Assembly: GCF_963676685.1 (NCBI RefSeq)
Contig: NC_092354.1
Span: forward strand, 19,282,001 to 19,346,000
From: Mytilus edulis
Lineage: Eukaryota
DNA length: 64,000 nt
Reading direction: 5' to 3'
Below the pieces are notes generated by a model. The model was given only the letters and a program-made list of their open reading frames with translations, did not search any database and was not told the origin of the DNA. Below are positions 39,990 to 51,374 of this stretch, piece by piece (position 1 is the stretch's first letter; each line of letters opens with the position of its first letter). A program made the position numbers and the translations under genes.

Positions 39990-40474
39990 CATGTGATTCT
40001 ATACCTCACAAGTTTGACGAAATCTTCTACCGCATACACCACACTTAAAATTGTGCTTTTCACCAGTGTGTATTTTCATAGGCACACATACATTTGTAGT
40101 TTTAATCGTTGCATAACTTAACCGTTTACTGCATACATCACAGTTTATCACCAGTGTGTATACTCTTTGTGTTTCTTAACCTGCGGCTTCTGCCTGAAAT
40201 CTTTACCAAATACATCACATGTATAAGGTTAATCTCCAGTGTAAAAACGCATGTGTGACTTAAAGTGTTGTTTAAGACTTTAACCTTAACTACCTACGCC
40301 ATAGCTAAAAGGTTTATCCTGCACTGTGTGTCCTCATGTCCATCCGTATGTTACAACTTTGAGCAAATCCTTAATCGCATACACCAGGTGTATCACCATC
40401 ATGATATATCATGTGTGACTTTAATTGATTAGATCGTTTAAACGCTTTAAACGCTTTCCCACAAACGTCACAAT
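39990..40474 (-). pseudogene. Decayed zinc fingers downstream of the paralog 3 stop
   Basis: Finger remnants, e.g. cttctaccgcatacaccacactt...caccagtgtgtattttcata, nearly identical to 23885-23975. Confidence 0.7.
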
Positions 40475-42103
40475 TCAAAAGTTTGTCGGTATTACACGAT
40501 AAAGTGGAATCATCCCTGAAACGACACAATTAAAATGTGTATCATCATTGCGTATACATGGTATACACATGTGTAACTTTAATTCACTACGTCGTTTAAA
40601 ATCTTTACTACACACGTCACAGGTGAAAGGTTTCTCATCATTGTGTATACACATGTGTGACTTCAAATCACTAGGTCGTTTAAAATCTTTACTACAAACT
40701 GTACAGATGTTAGGTTTATCCTCATTGTGTATAAACATGTGTGACTTTAATTGTTGATTAAGACTAAAACTTTTACCACATTCATCACATGTATAAGGTT
40801 TATCACCCGTGTGAAAACGCATGTGTGACTTCAAATCACTAGGTCGTTTAAAATTTTTACTACAAACTTTACAGATGTAAGGTTTATCCTCATTGTGTAT
40901 AAACATGTGTGACTTTAATTGTTGATTAAGACTAAACATTTTACCACATACATCGCATGTATAAGGTTTATCACCAGTGTGAATACGCATGTGTGACTTC
41001 AATTCACTAGGTCGTCTAAAATCTTTTCCACACACGTCACAGTTGAAAGGTTTATCACCAGTGTGCATACGCATGTGTGACTTTAATTGACTGAGTCGTC
41101 TATAATCTTTTTCACACACGTCACAGGTATAAGGTTTATCACCAGTGTGAACACGCATGTGTGAATTTAATTGATTAATTTGTCTAAAATCTTTTCCACA
41201 CACGTCACAGTTAAAAGGTTTATTATCATTGTGTATACGCATATGTGACTGCAAGTATGGTTTAAGACTAAAAGATTTACTACATACATCACAGCTAAAA
41301 GGTTTATCACCAGTGTGTATAAGCATATGTTTCTTTACGTGCAGCTTCTGTCTAAAAGCTTTACCACATACATCACAGCTAAATAGTTTAACATCAGTAT
41401 GAGTTCTCATGTGCAACTGTAAGTCATAACTCTGTGCAAATTCTTTACTGCATATATCACATGTATAAGGTTTATCATCAGTCATACCAGTGTGATTTAT
41501 CATGTGTGACTTTAATTCACTAGGTCGTTTAAATTCTCTTCCACAAACGTCACAGTTAAAAGGTTTATCATCATTGTGTATACGCATGTGTGACTTTAAG
41601 TTTGGTTTTAGACTAAAAGATTTACTAAACACATTACATTCAAAAGGTTTATCACTAGTGTGTATTCTCATATGCATCCGTAGGTGATATCCACGATTAA
41701 AATCTTTACCACATATTTCACATTTATAAGGATGGTTAGCAGTTTGCAGAATTGTGTGTGTCTTTGATTCACTAGGTTCATCTTTTAACGTTTCTTCCCT
41801 TTCCAATCCTTTAACACACACTTTAGCACTTTTTTCGGACTTGTCATGCCTTTTCAATTCTTGTCCACACAATTGACACTCATTCTGTATATTTTCTTCC
41901 CTTTCTAATCCCTTACCACACAGTTGACAAGTGCAATTCTTACCCCTATTATTACATATCGTGTCTTCTTTTATAAAGTGGTCTGGTTTATGATCAGGGG
42001 ACACGTTAATTAAACCCATTGTAATTTTGTTGTCAGTCATTTTCTGTGTTTTGCCCCTTTTTCTCCGTTTTTGCTTTTGTTGTCTGGCTTTCATTCTTAA
42101 CAA
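40475..42103 (-). CDS. C2H2 zinc-finger protein, paralog 3 (~12 intact fingers); likely start at MTDNK (~42040) or via an upstream exon
   Basis: 542-aa ORF with tandem C2H2 fingers and a recent two-finger (168-nt) internal duplication. Confidence 0.88.
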   Translation of the reverse strand: MLRMKARQQKQKRRKRGKTQKMTDNKITMGLINVSPDHKPDHFIKEDTICNNRGKNCTCQLCGKGLEREENIQNECQLCGQELKRHDKSEKSAKVCVKGLEREETLKDEPSESKTHTILQTANHPYKCEICGKDFNRGYHLRMHMRIHTSDKPFECNVFSKSFSLKPNLKSHMRIHNDDKPFNCDVCGREFKRPSELKSHMINHTGMTDDKPYTCDICSKEFAQSYDLQLHMRTHTDVKLFSCDVCGKAFRQKLHVKKHMLIHTGDKPFSCDVCSKSFSLKPYLQSHMRIHNDNKPFNCDVCGKDFRQINQLNSHMRVHTGDKPYTCDVCEKDYRRLSQLKSHMRMHTGDKPFNCDVCGKDFRRPSELKSHMRIHTGDKPYTCDVCGKMFSLNQQLKSHMFIHNEDKPYICKVCSKNFKRPSDLKSHMRFHTGDKPYTCDECGKSFSLNQQLKSHMFIHNEDKPNICTVCSKDFKRPSDLKSHMCIHNDEKPFTCDVCSKDFKRRSELKLHMCIPCIRNDDTHFNCVVSGMIPLYRVIPTNF

Positions 42104-42879
42104 AAAGAAAAGAAAAACATAAATCAGTGAATTTAATTTGAATATCTAACATTTTCTAAATATCTTAGGTTTTTTTTATACACGTAAATACGTTTTAATA
42201 ATAGCTATGGGTCATGCTATTCAAGAAGTATCCCTCTGATATACAGTTGTTGTTCCTTTTTGAGTCTAAAAATGAACTTTAAATTTTGATTTTTTTCTCT
42301 ATCTTCGTGCCATTTGTTATTTGTAGAATTTTTAAAAGATGTACATCATTGAGGCAGTTACATATCATCACAACTCGGCCGATTCCGTACCTTCGTCTAG
42401 ATAGAAGACTATCGAATTCACCCGAGGATTGTCGATTGAAATCAGGGAATCTGATTGGACGAAATAAATGCATGTCGTCATTTGGTAAGTAACCGCCACA
42501 ATATGCACTGCCCAATTAAGCAAGTGAAATTAAAAGTTGTGTTTCGACAAATTCACATACTATTTGTATTTTTCTCTGTTATAGACATTATAAATAAACT
42601 GTTATCACAGAGATATGTCTCGACTTTTTGAAATTTCGATAATGCAAAATGTTGAAATCAAAATAGCAACACTTTAACATGCAAGTCTTGCAAATATTCA
42701 AAGTCAATGAACCCTGACTGAAGGTACATGGCTTAACCATCCCAATGGAAATAAAATGTGCAAATGCTGATACAACTGCATCCAAATACTATTGACTTAT
42801 CATAAGTAGTTGCCTTTAAACAAACCTAAACACAAACTTATACATGTAAACTCGGCAACATCTGAAAGTAAATAATCCC

Positions 42880-43425
42880 TAACAAAATAAGTAAACAGGA
42901 AATTTATAAAAATTACCATATATTTGATATTGATATCAACACCGAAGTGCTGACTACTGGGCTGGTGATACCCTCGAGGACGAAACGTCCACCAGCAGTG
43001 GTATCGACCCAGTGGTGTAAATAGTTATCAAAGGTACCAGGAATATAATTTAGTACGCCAGACGCGCGTTTCGTCTACATAAGACTCAGCAGTGACGCTC
43101 ATATCAAAATATTTATAAAGCCAAACAAGTACAAAATGGAAGAGCATTGAGGAACCAAAATTCCTAAAAAGTTGTCTCAAATACGGTTAAGGTTATATAT
43201 ACCTGGTGTAGGACAATCCTTAGTTTTTTTTTTTAATTTTTGTAAACCGGAAATATATAAAATTGACAAACCACATTACTGATATTCATGTCAATACCGA
43301 AATGTTGACTACTGGGCTGGTGATACCCTTGGGAACGAAATGACCACCAGCAGTGGCATCGACCCAGTGGTGTAAATAGTTATTAAAGGTAAATGTACCA
43401 TGATTATAATTTAGTACGCCAGACG
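42880..43425 (-). mobile_element. Tandem Penelope pLTR-like repeat carrying a hammerhead and a pseudoknot motif
   Basis: Head-to-tail units (42890-43060 matches 43240-43423); related pieces at 1-95, 34245-34410 and 38470-38635. Confidence 0.65.
43054..43100 (-). ncRNA. Minimal hammerhead with core mutation (CUGCUGA)
   Basis: gcgtca CTGCTGA gtc-ttatgta-gac GAAA cgcgcg TC tggcgt. Confidence 0.65.
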
Positions 43426-46379
43426 TTAAAATTGTCACTTCTGGTATTATCTGAAAGTTGAAAAAATGTATGGTTCTGTATACTTGCACATAACTCAAGT
43501 ACAGAAAATAGCTACTTCCCGATTACACAACGATACTTCAGGTTTGCTTTTCCAAGGTTATACGACTTGCAACCTAATTAACGCAACATGTTCCATGGCG
43601 TTATCAATTATCGACCCATTTCAATTTTACCCACTGTGTCCAAGTTATTTTGAACATTCCTCACCCTTTCAGATATTTTTTTACAACACAATGCTGAATT
43701 TAATTGAAAACAAATTATATAACTATAAGTAACTATAAATAACTAATTTTATTCAGTGTAAAATCCAGTACAAAGTCCTACAAAAGGATCATCGCTGAAA
43801 CACATGAACACATATATATATATAAACATATACAAAACAACAATAAAACATAACAGACAACAATCCCTCTCGTTTTGATAGAGGTTGCATTCACATATAA
43901 AATGAAACTCATATTCAAGTTTGTTATCAATACTATGTTTACATATTCTTGATCCAACTTGAAGCGTATGATCAAGGATTTACTATACAAATCCTTGGTA
44001 TTATTATATCTGCCTTTTTCAATGTGTAAATGTGGTTTGAAATTCTTAATTTACATAACTGTCAAATATATTGTTTTGAGTTATTTAACTTTGTATAAGT
44101 CTGAGATTTATATTCCTTTTTAAACTTGTAATATGTGGGAAGTTGTTTTGCTTTTAATATAAATATGTTATCCTTGCGTTCCATATATTTACTTTTTTCA
44201 AACAATCGAAACATCGTAAAATTAGATAAATTCATTGATGTATGTTAACCTGTTTAGTGTATTTCAGATTGAACTAAATTTTTTTCTCATCTGAAACCAT
44301 CTGACTTATGGTCGGGTTTATCCGTGAAAAATTGTTGCACAATCAAATTATAAAAAGTTATGTATCCTTCTTCTTCTTCTTCCCGGTTACGAGTCGAACT
44401 CTATAAAAGTGTAATATATTGACTCGGGCGCATCTCAAACAGACAGGAGGCCACTCCTCTCTATGTTTCGGAAGCATTGTTTGTAGTTTTGATTATGTAA
44501 GGTATGTATAACCCTACCATTAGTTGTGTAACACAATATTATACAGGAATATATAGATCGTGTACTCACTTATTCAAATATTCACGACAGATGAAACATG
44601 TATAAAAAGATATAAACACAAAGGGAGATAATTACAGTTATTTACTTATGGAGTGCCAGTTTAAAATTAACTGTGGTTTAACATGTGATTAAAATTTAGC
44701 CGAATGATAATGTTATCACATTTTGTCTCTCTTTCAAATAATGTTATCTTCTCAAAAGTTTGGCCAATTTTTCATAGCATTTTCTATGTTTCATTTTAAA
44801 GTACATAAAAGGGGAGACTGGTAATCAGTAAGACATTCTAAGATAACAATACGAATACTAAAAATCTGGATTAAAAATAAGGCGTATAGGTATAGTTTTC
44901 AATTTGTTAGTGGGCATGACGTAAAACAGCGAATCAAAGAATTCAAATTTATTTATAAATTATATAGGACAATGCTGTTGATTAAAAAATACTCCATTCC
45001 AGGACCTTTTGTTTCCCAAATAATTAATATTACCAATAATTGATAAGTTCAATTTCGACGGGTTCAAACAGAAAGATTTGAAAGCAGAGAAAATTGTGTA
45101 TCTTATAAATCGGCATGACTTTATCAGATGACAATACTAATACTAAAATAAGGCTTGCGCATAGTTATATACTTTAATTCAGTCATGGACCCGCGATATC
45201 ATGGGTTTGTTCTAGTATAACAAATAAAAACGTGTACACAAACTCCAAGGCTAATCAAAAGGCGACGTCCATAAATGAAACTTCAGCTATCAATCAACAG
45301 ATCAAGTGGAAAACAACTGTCCTCTACCTACCTGATTTGTTGTGTGCAATTTAAGGGACGTATCATTTTTTATCTGGGAGGGTGGACTGGTCAAAATGTA
45401 GGGGGGGCATTTTTTTCTGTGTTTGGAAAAGGGGGGTTCATTTTTTTTTATAAATTCAAAGAGGGGGGGGGAATCAATATTTTTTGCACATGGAAAAAAA
45501 CTAAGTATAGTTAAAATACATCATGAGACAAAATGTCAAGAAAAACATAACAAAAGTCAAGGTTAACACCATTCATATAAAATTAATAAGTTAAACATCA
45601 CAATTAAGACTTTATTTTTGGTGATGAAGGAAGCTGCCTTTTTGTGTCACATAAAATGCATGCTTCATAACCCAAATACTTCAGTCCTTATATTTCTTTG
45701 AATTGGGTCACTAAAATTACTGTCACGTTTTTGTTTTAATCAGCTTAATAGTTTGTGAGAAATTAAGTATAAAATCAAACGAAATCAATAGAAATTTGTG
45801 CAAAATTTCATCAAAAAATCTAAAACACGTTGCATCATAAGAGAATATAGTGTAGAACAATAAATTCTCCAGTAAATGATTAAATATTCATCTACTCTAC
45901 ATACAAAAGATGAATACTGACACAAAAGGTGATTCCGAGATGAAAAACGCCACTTATATACTTTTTTGTTTTCATTACAAGATCCAGCTGGGTCCTTTAT
46001 ACCTCAAAGTTTGTACTTTTAAGGCAAATAAATCAAAATTTTGAGGTTACTATCACACATTTATTAACTAATTCTAACAATAAATGAGTAATTGAATTGT
46101 CCAAGCTGAAAGTATGAACTACATCAAGTTTTTTTAATAGTCCAGTATACAGGAAATCAGAAAAAAGTCAGAAAAAGTTCAAAGCACTGGCTTGCTCCAC
46201 TTACTAATATTCATGGAAAAGCCCCATTTCAAGGCAAAACATGTTTTTGGACTCAATCCACTGATAATATTTCATGTTTGCAATGTTTTTGTGAAATAAC
46301 ATAATTATTAAGTATTTTGCATGTTACAATTTTGGTATGTTTAATAGAGGGGGGATCAAATAACATAGTGTAACATTAT

Positions 46380-47481
46380 GGGGGGGGGGGGGGGGGGTCA
46401 AGAAAATTTTATATGTTTGATTTCAAAATGACCAGCAAAATTGACCTTAATAAGCATTGTGTTAAGAATTAATTGCTTCTTTTATAAATTCATTGGGGGT
46501 GTTTTAAAGCGTTGACCAAAGTACATTTTGTACGAAGCGCGGAAATATGCGCACGGTCAACGCTTTTACAATCCTAGTATGAAATAATTAAAAGAAGCAT
46601 TCAATAGATATAGGAAGATGTGGTGTGAGTGCCAATGAGACAACTCTCCATACAAATAACAATTTAAAAAGTAAACCATTATAGGTTAAAGTACGGCCTT
46701 CAACACGGAGCCTTAGCTCAATACTTATAATTACATTTTTTTGCTATGCTCATGAAAAATTCATTTTTATCAATTATTTCTTTAAATAACCTGTGCTCTT
46801 TTTTAGTGACGTGTCATCATAAACTTCATTGGGATATGAATGTGAGTTTTAGTATGATGCACAGGCGTTTAATGTTATCCAATCAAAATAACACATACAT
46901 GTACTATATTAATTATAATAAGTTTCATAACATTAATTGGTTGAGGTAGAAAACGGAAACAATCAAACAAAAACAGCATTTTCACATATATAGAGTCGTA
47001 ACTACATGTAATGGGAGGGGGAGTAGGAGGGGGTGAACGGATCATATAAAAATTGCGGTTTTTATCCAACGCAATCATAGGTTTGAACGTAGTTTTCAAT
47101 TTAGACTCGTTTATATTTTTTCATTTGGGCTTGTATCATATTTTCCCTCCGGTTTATATGATCCGTTCATCTTATATTGACTCTTAACATTTAAGTGTCT
47201 ATCTAAAAATTAGGGTACTTTTTATATGGCCTTCCAAATACCGTTTCGATCCCTAACATCACTAAAGAGACATTTATTGTCGAAATCCGGATCTGGTGTA
47301 CAAAAAAAATATTGACACCGTATGTTTGTGGCATAAAATCGTGGCTACAAGTTAAAAAAAAATTCTGTTTAGTATTAAATTTATATTAAGATCCATTTTG
47401 TTACATCTTGTGATCAATTTTATTTGGCAATCGCCAATGGCAGTCAGCAGGGTTAAAGAACATTAGTTGTTCGACCTGTTA
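46380..47481 (+). repeat. Left copy of the ~1.1-kb direct repeat flanking the LINE
   Basis: Near-identical to 52867-53963 (offset 6482 over most of its length). Confidence 0.92.
47256..47299 (+). ncRNA. Minimal hammerhead with core mutation (CUAAAGA); identical copy at 53738-53781
   Basis: acatca CTAAAGA gac-atttatt-gtc GAAA tccgga TC tggtgt. Confidence 0.6.
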
Positions 47482-47735
47482 TATATATCTTTATTTCCTC
47501 CAATAATGAAGAGCATTAGTTAGATCGATAGTTAAAGTAAAGTTGGAAGATAGGACAGTATATTTACAAACAATATATCAAAATTAACCTTTACACAATT
47601 ATATAAACGTGAAGAATGCGTAACAAGAGAATAAAATTAAATGTTTATCAGCCTAAGAAAGTACCAATGTTCACACAGTAGAATCTTTTACACAACTAAT
47701 TGTCTAATATGTAGAAATTGTTCTATTCATCCAAT

Positions 47736-50700
47736 TCAAGTCGCACACATCCAGTATATGTTTGTGATGCAGGCCTTTTGAAACATAGTCCGTTCATCTT
47801 CGTTTAGATCAAAGTCTGTATGACATGATAAGATGCATGCTAAAAAGTCTTCGTCAGTTAAACTATGTAGATAGGCACTGAATTCGATTGGACCTATATC
47901 TATTAAATCACACCAAAACTTGTCCCTTTTTGACTGGAAAGTTTCACAAGAGAGTACAATGTGAATAGTTATATCACCGAAAAACCTTCCGCACTTGTCA
48001 CACAGAAAAAACGGTTCTTCATATGGACGGGTTAAGGTACACAGATTGACAATAAAACGGCACTGTTCTATAAGTAATGGATGTTTTCGGCTAAAAGTCC
48101 AAGCAGGATGAAGACCTTTTGAAAGTGTATGTATACGACTGAAGAATTTAAAATCTTTGTCTATTTGTGTCCTGAAACGCCACAATGATTCCTCGGTTTC
48201 TTGGACGGCAACTTTAACTGTTTTCTTCCATTGAATGTAAGTTGGGAAATGACCTGTACTCAGGTAAGTATCAAAGTCTGACAATCTATAATTGACCAAA
48301 ATTCTATGTATATCAGGAATAAATCCAAGCTGGTGTTTAACACAGTTATATTTAAATTCCATAGCTCGGGTAAGAAATATCTGCTTTGGAAGCATTGAGT
48401 CTTTCATTAATATTAACTTTCCAAGAAATAATAATTTCCGTTCATCTATGTATGACTCGGCGGACTTCCATCCAATCAACGCAGTTACCATATCAGATCT
48501 AGTTTGCCTTGGTAATCCCTGTATAGATTTACACACATACCGTTGTGCACGTTCTAGTAATAAAATCTCGGTGTTGGTAATTTCGGTCCACAATTCACAT
48601 CCGAAAAAAGCTTTCGTGAAACATACCTGACGAACTATACGGTTACAAGTGTCAATACTGATAACAGAAGGATGTAAACCTGATTTGATCAACCCTAATG
48701 CTGAAGATCTTAATGTTCTGCAGGCTTGAAGTGTTCTGTCCATAGAATTAAGATTACTGTTCAATAGGACTCCTACATGCCTAGCGGAAATTTCCAATTG
48801 TATGCTGCTGTTGTACAGTAGAATATCCGTATGTTGTTTTGATTTGGAAAAATTAAGTTGAATGCTTTTTAGTGGATTAAACTTAAATTTCCAATCAATG
48901 CTATAATTTTCGCAAATTGTAACCATTGTCTGCATGTTACAACAGTTAGTACTGATCAAAGCGATATCATCTGCTTGAACTGGTGATGAAATATGAATGT
49001 CCGTTACGAGTATGCCACGTCTACAATCGGAAAGCTCTTCTAACAAGTCATTAATATATAACAAATACAATTTAGATGATAAGCTGCTCCCTTGGCGAAC
49101 ACCACGGTAAACTGGGAAGAAACGTGAGATTTGTCCGTTGTAAAGAACTGCACTTTTAGCGTCCGAGTACATATTAGCCATAAGCAACCATAATTTTCCA
49201 GTTACTCCATATTCAAGCAGTTTGTACAACAATCCGTTGTGCCAAACAGTGTCAAATGCTTTTGTTGAATCAAGTAAAACAACTATAACTTTTCCAAGTC
49301 TTTCAATATGGTGATAAATGGATTCATGAATATTGAATGATGTATGTAAACACGATAGACACTGCTGATATGCCGTTTGCTGTGGGTTTGGAAAGCATTT
49401 GTTGTCTTTTTTCAATTCAAGTTTTAAATCAATGATTTTATCAAACACTTTTCCAATACACGGTGCTAAACTTATTCCTCGATATGAGTTTGGATCACTT
49501 TTACATTTTTTCCCTCCTTTAAATAAAGGAACAATCAAACTTGATTTCCAAGATTTTGGAGAATAAAAGTTGTAACAAACTAAGTTGAAAAGTTTTGTCA
49601 TGTGATTTCTCAAACTGTTGCCGCCGTATTTCAGATGTTCATATTCGATGTTATCTAATCCAGACGCTTTATTATTTTTTAGGCACTTCAATACCTTTTC
49701 CACTTCGTTAACTGTAATATTTAGCTTAGTGTTGTTATAAAATGTTCCTCTGAAATCTTTGTTAGCAACCTCAACAGTCTTGGTTATCACCCGTTCCTTG
49801 TCACTAACCGGTTCTGATTCAGTATTTTGTTTGAAGATTGACTCGAAGTGCTCTGCCCATCCATCTAAGATATCATCCTGGGTCGAACATTGTCTCCCAT
49901 TTACAATTAGTCTTGATAAGCAGCTTTTAGACTTTTTATTTTTGTTCAGAAATGACCAGAGACGTTTTTGATCTATATCGAAATCCTTTTCGAGTGAATT
50001 ATATGTTTCTTGCATATGCTTTTGATATGCATTTCGTAATTCCCGTCGGAAGTTTCTTTTGGCTGATTTGTATTCTTGAAATATGACGTGTTCACCTCTT
50101 GGCCTATTACAAGAAATCCATTGTTGGCGTTTTGAAGCCATATTTTCATGCAGCGCATTTACTTGATGAGTCCAGTATGGTTTAAGGTATTTTACGAAAG
50201 TTTTGTGTGGTAAAGTTTCTGTTTCAGCTTGTTGTATTGCATCAACGATGTTCGAGTAATAACACTCTATATCACAATTAGAACATCCTAAACTCGGTAT
50301 CTCCACGCCCCAAAGATGCTGTGAAGTTGCAAAAGAGAAGTCTTCCAAATTGTTCTTTTCTCTAGCCTTGTTCCATGATACCTTGGATTGTTGTATTATA
50401 GTTTCCGTGTCTGCATTTACTGTATTGTCTAATATTAGCTTGGCTATAATTGGATGATGATCCGAAACATTAAACGAATGATCGTCTAACACTCTTGCAG
50501 AATCAATCAGACTGATATTATCCTTTGATATCAAAATATGGTCTATAGCAGTAGATGGACCACTTTCATAAGACTGGAATGTAAATGTATTTCCTTCACC
50601 AAAGGGTTGTAAATGTAAGGAAACGAGACGCAATTCGTCCAAAAATTTCGCAAATGTTACTGATCGTTTATCTCTAACGGAATTAAATGATCTCGGACCA

Positions 50701-51374
50701 ATTACTTTGGCGTTTATATCTCCAAGAATGATGACTATACCTAGCTGAGAGTATATCATGTATGTGTCGTACAGTCGCTCAACGTAATTTCTAAAATGTT
50801 CGAATGGCTTTGACGATGCAGGTAAGTATACGCAGAAGCAATATATATTCTCGGAGTGAATGGTGTGAATTTCTATTCCTGTAATACGCGTGTCCTCTAT
50901 ATCAATACTTTCAACATATTTGACAATTGAAGATTTAACAATAAAAGTCACACCCCCTTCCATGCGAATTTTAAACGCTTCAGGGTAGCTATCATCAACA
51001 CATTTTGGATTTACAGATGAATAAGTCGAATCAATACTTTCGAGTACATTTACACAGTGTCTACGCAACCAATGTTCCTGTAAAGCACATATATCAACAT
51101 CGTGGTTTTTCAAGCACTCCACCAAATATGGGACACTTGACATAATCCCTCTACAATTCCATGACATAAATGTTAGTTTGCTGGACATGTTCATTAAAGT
51201 GTCACATAAGATATAGATGATTACTAGATATATTAATTTGTTAATTGCCATATTTTTCATTCTTATAGCTGTTTCTTTCTTGTAGCTGACGACGGGATAA
51301 CCAACGTTTGAAAAAAATGCCGTTTGGCCAAAAGTTAGAATCATACACTCTTTCTTTTTCTGAGTGTCGAACAT
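47736..51374 (-). CDS. LINE ORF2: APE endonuclease, reverse transcriptase, C-terminal CCHC knuckle
   Basis: SWNCRG, LQEHW, GDINA, IDHI, SDHHP; PNSYRGISL, GVRQGSSLS, QADDI; CDKC...H...C; uninterrupted (true start probably ~51194-51257). Confidence 0.93.
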   Translation of the reverse strand: MFDTQKKKECMILTFGQTAFFSNVGYPVVSYKKETAIRMKNMAINKLIYLVIIYILCDTLMNMSSKLTFMSWNCRGIMSSVPYLVECLKNHDVDICALQEHWLRRHCVNVLESIDSTYSSVNPKCVDDSYPEAFKIRMEGGVTFIVKSSIVKYVESIDIEDTRITGIEIHTIHSENIYCFCVYLPASSKPFEHFRNYVERLYDTYMIYSQLGIVIILGDINAKVIGPRSFNSVRDKRSVTFAKFLDELRLVSLHLQPFGEGNTFTFQSYESGPSTAIDHILISKDNISLIDSARVLDDHSFNVSDHHPIIAKLILDNTVNADTETIIQQSKVSWNKAREKNNLEDFSFATSQHLWGVEIPSLGCSNCDIECYYSNIVDAIQQAETETLPHKTFVKYLKPYWTHQVNALHENMASKRQQWISCNRPRGEHVIFQEYKSAKRNFRRELRNAYQKHMQETYNSLEKDFDIDQKRLWSFLNKNKKSKSCLSRLIVNGRQCSTQDDILDGWAEHFESIFKQNTESEPVSDKERVITKTVEVANKDFRGTFYNNTKLNITVNEVEKVLKCLKNNKASGLDNIEYEHLKYGGNSLRNHMTKLFNLVCYNFYSPKSWKSSLIVPLFKGGKKCKSDPNSYRGISLAPCIGKVFDKIIDLKLELKKDNKCFPNPQQTAYQQCLSCLHTSFNIHESIYHHIERLGKVIVVLLDSTKAFDTVWHNGLLYKLLEYGVTGKLWLLMANMYSDAKSAVLYNGQISRFFPVYRGVRQGSSLSSKLYLLYINDLLEELSDCRRGILVTDIHISSPVQADDIALISTNCCNMQTMVTICENYSIDWKFKFNPLKSIQLNFSKSKQHTDILLYNSSIQLEISARHVGVLLNSNLNSMDRTLQACRTLRSSALGLIKSGLHPSVISIDTCNRIVRQVCFTKAFFGCELWTEITNTEILLLERAQRYVCKSIQGLPRQTRSDMVTALIGWKSAESYIDERKLLFLGKLILMKDSMLPKQIFLTRAMEFKYNCVKHQLGFIPDIHRILVNYRLSDFDTYLSTGHFPTYIQWKKTVKVAVQETEESLWRFRTQIDKDFKFFSRIHTLSKGLHPAWTFSRKHPLLIEQCRFIVNLCTLTRPYEEPFFLCDKCGRFFGDITIHIVLSCETFQSKRDKFWCDLIDIGPIEFSAYLHSLTDEDFLACILSCHTDFDLNEDERTMFQKACITNIYWMCAT

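Noticed and set aside
42948-43016. HDV-like ribozyme call for the pseudoknot
   Set aside because: No P1.1, P4 or catalytic-C J4/2 strand could be placed
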